DNA of 39,281 bases from Hyphochytrium catenoides (lineage: Eukaryota > Protista > Hyphochytriomycota): NCBI GenBank assembly GCA_900088475.1, contig FLMG01001182.1:1-39281 (forward strand), given 5' to 3'. Each line of letters begins with the position of its first letter. The stretch's first letter is position 1. Positions 10,801 to 22,194 of the stretch are shown here, piece after piece. The notes under the pieces were generated by a model. The model did no database searches. It saw only the letters and a program-made list of their open reading frames with translations, and was not told the DNA's origin. Made by a program: the position numbers and the translations under genes.

Positions 10801-13800
10801 GAGATGCCTTACCTCCTCCTGTGCGTATCTTTGCTTCAGAAGGAACCATTCATGATGCAAAATCTTCTCCTCGTCCACGTCCTCCACCAGTATCCAGAAG
10901 CCCTGAGCGTATCCGTGAACAGTGGGATTCCATTCGAAGTCAGGAGTGATGCTCAGCTCAATCTGCGAAACAGAGCAAGGAAATAACGAGATAAGGACCG
11001 TCAGGTTCCGCTTCTATGAAAGAGCTATGAGGAAAGCCAATCTTGGGCGCCAATAACCCTTCTTCTCTTACCTTGATAAGTGCCCTAGTGATGGGCTGAA
11101 CGTGGGCATTGAGCTCCAGCCGAGGAAACTGGTGGATGAGCCGATGAAGGGTCTTTCCCATCTTTGGGGCCCTGACTAACTCTCCAAGCTCTGACCACTT
11201 AAGGTCAACCAGTCGATCCCATGAAATGTCTTTCTTCTCCAGTTGCGTGAGGATCGTTGGAGGGACAGACTACAGAGGAAGAGGAGGGACTGTTAGAACG
11301 GAAAGTAAGAGGAGCTATCTCCTGCACAGGAGTCTCAGATCCTGGCAGTGACGGAGATGATCTTTTCCTTTCTTTTTCCTTCCCGTTGACCCGTCCTCCT
11401 TACCTCCTTCGGGAACTGCCTAAGAGGAGTCTGGCTTAGCCACATCCGGTGATCGACCATCTTGCACACATTAAGCGCACGGTCTGCCACGCTTGCCCAT
11501 CCTTTTCTTAGACAAAGCTCAAAGAGCGCACGGAAGATGCGCACTCCACTTTGATGGATGTACACCATGTCTTGCACCAGGGCGAAACCCTCCAGTTTTA
11601 GTCTAGAAATGTATGCTTGTAAAAGAAGATTGACCTACAGCAGACGACATCGTCAGGCACAACCTAAGCCCCACAAGACAGAAGCGTCAAGCTGTGAAAA
11701 AGATACCTTAGCACTTGGCTCATCTATGCTCTCCTTGATAGGTACCGGGACCCGATCAATCAGCTTCTGCAGCTCCAGCTTCTCTTCATCACGGACCACC
11801 TAAGAGATCAAGAGTGGTAAGTGGCAGACACCGAGAGACACGAGTTATCTTTCATCTATGCTTCTCCTGTCCAAGGTCGCTTACAATGGTTCTGAACTCG
11901 TAAGAGAGCGCAAAGAGTCTGAAAAGCTCAATATCAGTCATCGATGGCCTCAGGTAGTCGTTGTAGGTTGCCATAGAGGAGTGGACGATGTAATAGTGGC
12001 TTGCGATACGACCTAAATCTGTGACCTGGAAGTTCCCGGTTCTGCGGTCATACTTGATGAGGTTGTTCTAAGAAACATAGTAGCAGAGCTCTAGTGAGAA
12101 GGAGCAAGATTGAAAAGTGTAAAGTGTGCCGAGCTCAAAAAGAACGCCAAAGAGAAAGAAGAACGAAGACAGTGCTATAGCTGCGTCGTTCACTTCCTCC
12201 CTTGAGTCCCTCTCACCCATCTAGTCGGATGTCTTAGGCTTTTCCCCCCGTCCTTCGTATGTCTTTCGCAGAGCTGAAATGACCTTCCTGATCTTCACAT
12301 TACCTTCGCCAAAGCTGCAGCAGCCGAGTGCGCCAGATCAAGCAACCTCTGCTGCAGGGTAGGGTCTTCTTCTACCTGATCAACTGAGACTCCATACAGA
12401 TGGGGCGCCGCCAGCATGCGCACGTAGAGATAGGAGTAACCTAGCCAATTAGCAGCCTGCGATAGATACCGACAGAAATGTTAGAAGATAAAACCTTTTG
12501 GAGTGGGAGCGAGACTCCGGTAGGCCCCACCGGGTGGGAAGTGGAAGAAAATAGGGATAATAGGGTTTCCTTGAAGCCTCCAGGCCTCGTGGTGCCATCA
12601 GTTAACTCACCTCCCTAACGTTCTGCACTGTCCCCAGAACAATCTCAGCGTTTATATTATCCGCCAGTCTCCTGGCAAGCTGGCTCTCAACAGGGAGCTG
12701 CTGATTCATCAGCGATGTATAGAACTGCAGCTCTGAGTGCTGAGTGATAATAATGCCTTCACCCTTACTGTCAAACTGTGGCCGGCCTAAGGAAACGAAA
12801 GAAACCCCGCGTAACACATTGTTAGAAGTATCCAACGAGCCAACTACTAGCGTCAGATCCTAGAGAGGACAGGCAAGCCAGAGAGATGCATGGAAAAGGA
12901 GAATCAAGCCCGAACAGAGATGCCCAAGATAGAGCAGCAGAGAAAGCTTGAAAGAGCGGAATGCCAAGCTCAGACCGCGAACCACAGAACGTTTGCAACT
13001 AGCGCTTAACCTCAACAACCCCTCGCGTCTTCATCCGCCTACCTGCTCTTCCTAACATCTGCACAACATCCAGCGGAGACAGCTCGGTCCATCGGCCTTT
13101 CTCTGGGTTATATATCTGCGTCCCCTTGATGATGACAGTGTGAGCAGGAAGATTCACTCCCCACGCCAGCGTGGCCGTGGAGACCAGAACCTGAGGAAGG
13201 CGCACAGCATTGGTAAGTCTTCCTGGTGAAGTGTACTACTAGCTCTCCATTCCAACACTGCTGAGGCCCTCACCTTAACGTTTCCATCAGCGAAGAGATC
13301 TTCCACGAGTTTTCTGTCGACGCGCGCCATGCCGGCATGATGAATCGCGAAACCAAAAGGAAGAAGCTCCTTGAGATCTGGGTTCTTTGTTGCCTCGCCT
13401 TCTTCTCTCAAAATTTCCCGTGTAGCAGCTTCATCCTAGAGACGTATGGGAAGAGGCCAGTGCAAGTCAGAATGGCCCAACAAGAAGGCAAATAGGGATA
13501 AAGCTCTAAAGCGACAGAGCACAAAGAGAAAGACAGACCACATCAATGTAGTTGACTTTCGGAGATCAGAAACAGAGAAAGTATTTCAAACTAAGGCTCC
13601 TCGTCAGCCTTGCTTCTCTCTCCCCTTTTTCCCCAACGCCCCATCTCTCACTTTCACTCTTCCCTCTTCTTTCTTCTCTCTCTCTCTCTGTCCCTCCTCT
13701 CCCTCCCTCCTCCTCTTGTTATGTCTTCGTCATTCCATTTCTCACCTCCCTGACAAATCTGTTTATCTCGTCCCTCTCCAGAGCCATGTCCTTTAGCGCT

Positions 13801-16800
13801 CTGGCAGTCTTCGCTGTCTCTTTGCGCGAGTGCACAAATATTAGGACTTGGTTTCCGGCCTTCCCTTGCTCTAGAACCTTATCGTAACAGATCTCATTCA
13901 TGAGCTGCATTCGTTTAATGGCCTTCTTCTCAGTAATTCCTAAGCAGCAGAAGTAGATGGTAAGGTTAAACAGCGATGTACAGGCGCGCCAGAGGCTGTG
14001 GGCTGATTCCGCAAGATAAAGTAAGCGGCCGTAAGGAGCTGCTAAGAGATAGAAGCGCGGCGAAGCCAACATGAGCACAACTGAGGCAGATTGGAGTCCT
14101 CACCTATGTATTGCTGCTGCAGAGGAACTGGTCTAAAGGAGTTGTCGAAGAAGAACAGTCCCCGATCTGAGTTGACTCTTAGGAAAGCAGCCACGTCTCC
14201 GTAGTTAGGTAACGTCGCACTGAGCCCAACCAAACGAACCATCTCCTGCAAGTAGCAAGAATACTGTCAGAGCTGGCAACACCTCAAGANNNNNNNNNNN
14301 NNNNNNNNNNNNNNNNNNNNNNNNNNNNNNNNNNNNNNNNNNNNNGCATGACCTTCTCTCGTGCTCCGTCCTACTTCTCTTTCTCTCTCTTACCTGAGTG
14401 GTCTCAATTTGCCTTAATGTTCTAATGACAATCGCCTCTAACACTGGCCCTCTTTCGTCATGGAGGAGATGGATCTCGTCAATGATAATCAGCCGGACGA
14501 GCTGGGTGTAAGTTCTTTCACCGCTCTTGCGGGTGATAATATCCCACTTCTCCGGAGTAGTGACAATGATCTGGGTCTCAGCGATTTCTATAACGACGAA
14601 GGACGGATTAGCAAAGACGCCATCTTCCACAAGAGACTAAGGAACGCGGCGAGAGCATCAATGCTTGGCTGTAAATTTCTAATAATAGCATTGGCCTCAG
14701 ATGGGCACCGACACCATAGAGACTGCTCCGCCAACATAGTACAATTGGCAGAAGGGACAGTGATCCCGAGAGAGCAGAGTGAGCGAAAGGGTCGAGAGCC
14801 AGAGCGAAAAGAGAGCCTGACAGCGAAGAGACAGAGTGAGAGAAGAGAACAGAGTAAGAGTGAAAAGAGAGGAAGATAGAGAAACACTGAAGCGATGGAT
14901 ATGTGACGGGCTGGCCACCGAGAAGCATTTCGTCTTCGCTTTACCTTCCTTCGACAGGGACACATCTCCAGAGAGCTCTCGCACAACCAGACCAAAGGCC
15001 TCCGTAAGGCGCTGTGTGAAGTTCGCGACCACTTCCTGTACCAGAGCCTTCATGGGAGCCACGTAGACAATCTGTTGACGGAATGACCAATGACAGAATG
15101 GGGAGGAGGGAGGACAGCAGTGAGCGTAAGAAAGGAGACGGAGAGAGGACGAGGAAGAGAAGAGAGAAAACTAAGTGAATAACCGGAGATGAGGGAAAAT
15201 CCTTGCAAGGATGTCCAACGCAACAGGGTGGAAAAGAAAAGGCAATGAGCACGCGAAGGACCCAGATCCATTTTTATGCGCTGTAGGAAACCATCAGTCA
15301 GTTGACACTCGCAGCCTGCTAGAGGGCGGACCTTAAATGAGTCCAAGCGAAAAGAGCCATCCTCTCGGCGAGCCTTGCCTAGCTCGTGGAGAATCGTCAA
15401 GACAGCGACATTCGTTTTGCCTATGAGAGAAATGTATGACGGGCGAGGTAGAAGACAGGGACATTAGAGTCATTGGCAAAAAGAGATTGCTTGTATGGAA
15501 GTCGCCACAGAGGACCTAAGTTGGCACCTCACTTTGAAAAATGAATGTATAACGGACGGAAAAGTTATCGTCCAACCATTATCGAAATTGGTCCTCACCT
15601 GCTCCGGTCGGGGCGCAGAGAAGAAGGTTCTCAGAAGAAAAGAGAGCAGCATCCATCATCCGACTCTGCATTCGATTCAGCGATTCCATGCCTTTGAAGG
15701 CAGGGCGCGTCCAATCAGGTAGTTCAGCAATCTGCGAAGAGAGCCATTTCTTAGGGTTCAATGCACAAAAAGATTGGAGCAGTAACCAAGGAATAACAGT
15801 AATGGAGCAGTACGAGGTGCCCCGATAGTGAAGCTTATACATCCGTAGGAAGCCCAAAGGGAGGTATTTATTGCAGGAGATGCATCAGGACAGGGATGTC
15901 AGAGACATGAAGGTCGAGCAGTTTGCAGCTTACCGGCACTCTTCTCTGTCCACTCTTCGTTTGATCTGCCTTCACGGCAGGGACGTGCACTTCTTCGTAG
16001 CCTTTCTTTGTCATCCTGAGAGTTCCTTCAGGAAGAGTGGTTTGCTATGGAAGGGAGAGAAGGAACAAAAGAGAGAGTTAAGTTCTGTTACAAATGCTAA
16101 ATCCCGTGGAAAGAATGGATAAAGTAAGTCATAGTGATAGGCCTAAGCCAACTGCCTATGTCCCTGATCTGGCAGCTAAGCCAACAATCAAGCAAGAGAG
16201 AAACAACAACCGAAGATCCAGCACCGATACTTCACACTGTACTCACCTTGTTAGTCATCACATGGCTGCCCTGCTGGAAGACTAGGGAATCAATGTCCAG
16301 TGTACGCTCAGGCTTGGGGCCCGAACCATCCGCGACCACTAAAGAAGAAAGGCCGAGATAAAATAGAAGAGTCAGATAAGACACAGAGATCCTATTTAGT
16401 GAATCGAGCAACAGAGACTGAAGGTCGCTTGACATGGAGAAAAAGTTGGAATGAGGTACATCAGAGGAGATGGATTGACGTGGATGCGTACCGGGAATGC
16501 CTAGTCCGTCCTCCTCCTCTACATTCCTTTCCATTTTTTTAAGAGCTCGTGCCTCTCTCCTCGTCTTTTCATCGAAGGTACCTAAGAGAGAGCGTGTGCA
16601 TTAGTCACAATCCCCGTATTTCTTCCAGAAAGACACATTTTTATCCCGATCAGAGGTATCCAATCCTACATCCTTCTCCGGCTACTCAGCTCTGGTTACG
16701 CACCTAGCCTGTCCTGCATCCAGCTCTCCGCACTCTCTGTCTTGTGCAACGCTTCCAATATAGCAGGACCACCTCCAGCTTCGTCCCTTTCCATCTCTTT

Positions 16801-18990
16801 CTCTATTAACTTTCTTTCCTCATCTGTCTGCGCCTGGTTCAAACGAGTGCAATAATAGATCTTTTTTCTGTTTCTAAGAAGAAGCTTGATGAAGGCAAAC
16901 TTGTCGGTGTCCAGTAGAAGCACCAGCTTGTTCTCACACTCTCTATAAAGCAGATGTAAATAAGGAAAAGTGAGAGAGACAGACAAGGGATATGTGGGAC
17001 AGCGTAGCATAGCCGCTGAAACGTGAGGAGAAAGCTCTCAACAACAGTGACGGACAGTCCGGACGTCAAGACAATAGCGAACAAAGTATGACGACGAAGC
17101 CAATACAGCAGAGAGTGTGACTGACACCAGGACGAGCAACAAGTTTGAGAGATAGGTGAGTTAAGAACGAAGGAATGGTGAGGAGGTTACGAGGGTAACT
17201 TGTCTCACCTCTGGTCCTCAAGACCGAGATATTCCAAGACTTCCTCCGCATATTTCGCCGATAGGTCAGCGTCTTTATAGTATTTGGACAGCTCTCTCTG
17301 CAACCAGTAAGCGTCGATTTGCTGAACCTTCAGGTTGAACTCAGACTCCGCGTCGTCCATGTCAACATCGCTGTCCATCAAGTAGACCCCGGTCGCGATA
17401 GTATTTGCGGAGAGGAGAAGAAGAGGGCGATGAAGAGTTTAAGTGAGATAAGGGTCAAGTCTCTTTGGTTAAGAGCGGAAGAGTAGCTGCCAGAGCATTC
17501 CAACAAGGGGTAAAGGGTACCGAGAAAATGTGCAACGTCACAAGGATGAGCTTGGAGGTGAACTTACCCATCATCAACACCTTTCAATCTGCTCGTTTCT
17601 CCCGCTTCTACTCCTCCTTCGTCTTCGGACTCCTCACTGCAAGCAGCCCAGCCGTCAGAAGGGAATGGAAAGAGAAGGACAGGTCCAAACCTAGCCAAAT
17701 AGAAAGACCAAACCACGACAGCCTTCCTCTCAATCCACAAGGGTAGTAGACTTACCTCTCTCTGATTTCGTCGAGATCACTTTCCTCCTCCTCGTCATCC
17801 TCATCAAAGACGACTGCTACCCCGATCTCCTCATCAATCTTTCCTTCATCTTCGTTATCCTCTCCTCGCCCCGAGATAGAAAAATCAGTGATTTGTTTGG
17901 AGAGGTTCACAAGCTGTGGCACCGCGGAGATAATGCTGTTAGGACTCGGGCCATAGGCGCAGACAGCTTTAAGAAGGAGAAGTCACCAACAGGCTGTGAA
18001 TGGAAAGATTGACAAGAGACAGGATCTCTATTGAGGGCTGACCGCGAGGAAAGCGCCCACGGAAGGCTTTGTTTGTGAAGTTAGCGATTCTGGAGGAGAG
18101 GAGCGACCAAGGGAAAGAGGTAAGGGAAGAGAAAGATCAGCCTGTGCCCTAACCTTGTTGAATTTGTCTGAGGACATTCTGGGGACGATCTTCTCGACCT
18201 CTGTCTGTTTGTCCCTCACGATATCGCTCTTCAAGACAACCAGAACCTCTTCCGCTGCCCCTCTTAGGATATCTTGAGGCTGATCGCCAATAAGATCTTG
18301 CATAAAGGCTAAGATCTGCTCATAAGTCGCCTTTGTCTGCTTAGTCTTTGGCCTATAAGCTATGGCATCCACGTCCTCTGTCTCGGTCAGGACATTGAAT
18401 CCTTTGCGCCGCTTGTTCTCTCTCTCTAGAGGTCCGGAGTCCACCTGATCCCGCCTAGAGTAAACATGGATACATCAGTTCAGTACTTCAGCCAACAGAG
18501 TAAGGTAGGATCGCCTTGAGGGAAAGAGAAGAGAGGAAGCTGTAAGAGAAGAAGAGAGAAGGCTTAAGGAGCAGGAGGCCCGAAGGAAAACAAGGAGGGG
18601 ATCCAACTTTTCGGCATGAACAGAGGAGGGAGAAGGGAGAAAGAGAGAGAGAAAAAGAGAGAGAGCGATTGGTGCGCTTCAACGAGCGGTTGCTCAAAAC
18701 AGTCGCCATTATGAAGGCATGCTCTTGCAGCCAAGGAGGCCGACCGTCTCTCTCCTTCTCTTTCTGGTCTAGTACCTCTTTTTCATCTTTTGAATCTTCT
18801 CGTTAAGCTCCGGAGGCCTTCCGTGCTCCACCTTGTCTCCCATGCGGTGCATTCGTTTTCCAGCCAACGTCTCCACCTCTCCCGTGGGCTCCCGGGCTGC
18901 CCGAGCCCTGACCTCCGGGTCCGCCTGCAGCACGAGGTTGCTGTTCGCCCTGTACTCATACTGGCGGCTGCGAGCAAAATCTTCAGCCAT
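4853..18990 (-). CDS. BRR2: U5 snRNP 200 kDa helicase (Brr2/SNRNP200), about 41 exons and 40 GT-AG introns
   Basis: Exon 1 (18990-18776) encodes [24 protein letters not shown], the typical Brr2 N-terminus. Cassette 1 has [19 protein letters not shown]-like motif Ia, [36 protein letters not shown] and [12 protein letters not shown]. Cassette 2 has [15 protein letters not shown] and QMMGRANR. Both are followed by Sec63 units. The last exon (5098-4853) encodes [12 protein letters not shown]...[14 protein letters not shown]...EEEEE-stop. All junctions have GT/AG ends and the phases checked were consistent. An N-gap lies inside an intron. Confidence 0.97.
14290..14345. other. Assembly gap within a BRR2 intron
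   Basis: Run of N. The flanking exons (ETTQ and EMVRLVGLS) are contiguous in protein, so no coding sequence appears lost. Confidence 0.98.
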
Positions 18991-19280
18991 GTTTACTGAA
19001 GCCTGGCGCCGGCGGCGCGGCGAGAACTTAAGAAATAATGGAGCTACTGATCGATGAAGGGAGAACTAGAGTCAGAAAGATCCTCTATATAATCGGCAAA
19101 GCTTCAGAACTATGTCCGTTGGAAAGCTCTGTCTGCAGACAGAGACTTGTGATGAAGAGACAAGCTATCGGATACAGTGCCTCCGCTGCTCCTCTCGTGC
19201 GTTAGACCTTGCTTGGACGATGTCCTGACATCTTTTCCCCTCTGTGATATCCGTCCATCCACACTGCTGTGATCTACATG

Positions 19281-19309
19281 ATCTCTCTCTCTTCTCTCCT
19301 CTCTCCTCT

Positions 19310-19374
<65 letters not shown>

Positions 19375-19390
19375 GTTTCCTCTCTCTCTC

Positions 19391-19421
<31 letters not shown>

Positions 19422-19890
19422 GTTTCCTCTCTCTCTCTCTGTCTCTCTCTCTCTGTCTCTCTCTCTCTTTCTCTCCTCTCTGTCTTTCTCTCTCTCTCTC
19501 ACTCACTCTCTCTTTCTTTCTCTCTCTCTCTCTGTCTCTCACTCTCTCACTCTCTTTATAGAATTCCTCCTCCCTCTCCCTTACTCTGGCAAGCTCCTCT
19601 CTTCTCTCTGTCTCGCTCTCTCTGTCTTTCCCTCACTCTCTGTCTCCCTCTCCCCCCTGCTAGGTCTTCCTGTCCCTCTTTCTCTTCTCTCTCTCACTTG
19701 AGCATTTTTCTCACAGTATTATGCATGCTTCTGTTCTCTCTGTCTCCCTCTTTCTCTCTCTCTTTCTCTCTCTCTGACTCTCCTGTCTCCTGTACTCTTT
19801 CTTGGTCATACTTTTCCTTTCAGAAGCTTCTCTGTCTCCTGCCTTTCCCCATCTCAAGCCAGCAATGTCTCTATCTCTCTTCTTCTCTGT
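19281..19890. repeat. Long (CT)n microsatellite (core 19281-19556) with a degenerate CT-rich extension
   Basis: Directly visible; occupies the middle of the BRR2/RPS9 divergent intergenic region. Confidence 0.95.
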
Positions 19891-20367
19891 CTTGCGCTTA
19901 CATCACTAAACAAGTCCCAAGCGAGGTTTGCGGCCACAAAGGAAGCAGAAAAGGTAAGCAGAGGGAATTCCCAAATCCATCGTCAAACCTAGAGAAAAGC
20001 GAATTCCACATAGGCAAGTTCCATATTCTTTAGACTCCAGGTATTGAGTTAGTGCAGATTCTTGTCCATGGCTGCTACAATACCCAAATAGCTTCCATAT
20101 ATGGGGTACTGATGCCAAATAAACAGCCTCTGAGTAGCCGTTACCCCCTCTAGGGAAGGCCATTTACCGGCTATGGGAGGCCTGCAGAATGACTGGCGCG
20201 ATCCGTGGCGCGGGATGGTTGGCTGGCCTTGAGAGCACGGGCGGCAGACCAGCGGCTGAAGCTTCGCGCAAGCGAGAGAGAGAGCGCGCGGCTGCGGAAA
20301 GAAGAGCGCCAGCAGAGCTTCACTTTGTACTGTTGAGGCCACTTGTCATCTCCACGAGCTAGGAACC

Positions 20368-21422
20368 ATGCCGAAGATCTCAAGACATAGAAACTGTAAG
20401 TGGATAGATGGATGACTCTTCGGAGAGAGACGGGGATGAGTAGGACCTTCGTTAGAGAGACGCAGGGGCCTATTGGTTTCGATGTGGAGCATGTTTCCGC
20501 CTTCATTTGTCAAAACGCAGCGCCACTTCTGACGGTAGAAGTAGAATACTAGAGGTAGACAGACAGCCTTGTAAGGCCGGGTTAGAGCTGCTTTTAAGGG
20601 ATGGCTTTTGGCTGTTAGCCTCGTGTTTGATAGGCCAAGCGATCCTGCATCGTCCTAAGATCTCTCTTGTCTGCCTTTTGTCATCTTATCTGCACTCGGA
20701 TCTCCATAGATTCTTCCACCTACAGAACTCCCAAGCGTCCCTTCGAGAAGGAACGTCTTGACCAGGAGCTGAAGCTATGCGGTGAGTACGGACTCCGCTG
20801 CAAGCGCGAAATCTGGCGCGTGCAGCTTGCTCTTGCCAAGATCCGTAAGGTAAGAGTTCGCCCTCCCTGCCCTGTCTGCAATATGGAAGTAGCCCTTCGG
20901 CCACAGACCTTCCTTCTCTCTCCTTCTGTTCTCCCACTCTCCTGGGTGAGTGGTTCGATGATAGTTCCTCACCATTCCTCCTCTTACTTCTTCTCTCTGC
21001 AGTCGGCTCGTATCCTTCTTACCCTGGACCCTAAGGACCCCAAGCGTCTTTTCGAGGGTCAGGCTCTCCTGCGCCGTATGTCCCGCTACGGTCTCCTTTC
21101 CGAGGAGGAGAAGGAGTTAGATTTCGTGCTTCAGCTGACCACCCAGAAGCTTCTGGAGCGCCGTCTGCAGACCAAGGTCTTCAAGCAGGGACTGGCTAAG
21201 TCCATTCACCACGCTCGTGTTCTCATTAAACAGAGACACATCCGCGTCGGAAAGCAGCTTGTCAACGTTCCTTCTTTCCTTGTCCGTGTGGACGCTGAGA
21301 AGCACATTGACTTCGATGTGAACTCTCCTTACGGACAGGGAAGACCTGGCCGTGTGGCACGCAAGCGCGCTGCAGCTCGCGCTGCTGCTGGTGCTGGTGG
21401 CGAGGAGGAAGAGGAGGAGTAA
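20368..21422 (+). CDS. RPS9: 40S ribosomal protein S9 (uS4), 3 exons, about 195 aa
   Basis: Exons 20368-20395, 20710-20849 and 21003-21422 join in frame to give [47 protein letters not shown]...[32 protein letters not shown]...GRPGRVARK. Donors are gtaag; acceptors are tag and cag. Confidence 0.98.
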
Positions 21423-22194
21423 ATAAAGGGAAAGGAGAGAGGCATGGGGAAGGGGAAACTTGGTCTTATGCCCTAGCTCATCAATCAAACAGTACACAGA
21501 AAATAAAGTGTGGGACTCTGTTCGTGGATGATGGTTTTTGAATGTGGAGAGGAATGAGAATAATGGTCCCCCTACTTCTTCGGAAAGCGTGTCTCTCTGC
21601 CTCTTCTCTTCTCCCTTCTTCTAAGCATAAGTTAGTGAGGTTGTTGGCCTTTCACTATCGGCTCTCTCGCTCTCTCGTTCAACCTTATCCCCTGTGGCTA
21701 CTCAGTGCTCCTCTGTGCTGCGTAGAGCTTTGTAACCCAGCTTTCAGGTCACCCCGTAGGTAAGATAGGGAGATCTGAAGAAGAGACCCTCCCTGGAAGG
21801 AGCCTTCCTCATTGGACAGGCTGGTTCCAGGTGCTTTTGCCAAGAGCGAAGGCGATCGTCTGCGTTATGTAAGGGGCCAGCTCGCAATGAGAGGGTTGCC
21901 AAAGCATAAGTTGCATCTTCCCCTCCCTTTATCTAGACATCCAGAGTCCATCGCCTCAATCACTGCCCTCTGTCAATCAATGTGCTGGCTCTGGCCCCAA
22001 CTACCCCTTCTTTGCTTCTTTCCCCCTCTTTTGCACTGTCGGTCTTTCTTCTAATCCAGTTTCCATGGCTCTGTGGTCGCACCATCTCCATTGACGGCTG
22101 CTCTCAGTTGTTGATGTCTAATAAAGCTAAGCCCTGCTATGTATGGAAATATACGACCAAACGATGTTATTACTAATAATGCTATACGATCACA

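Noticed and set aside
19110-20033. Long ORFs of RE or SL repeats (also at 2193-2757, 3602-4060 and 37728-38209)
   Set aside because: They are translations of GA/CT microsatellites, which lack stop codons; there is no other coding evidence.
20396-20709. Box C/D snoRNA in RPS9 intron 1 (GGATGA...CTGA)
   Set aside because: No canonical RTGATGA box C, no terminal stem and no recognisable rRNA guide; an Rfam or snoscan search would settle it.
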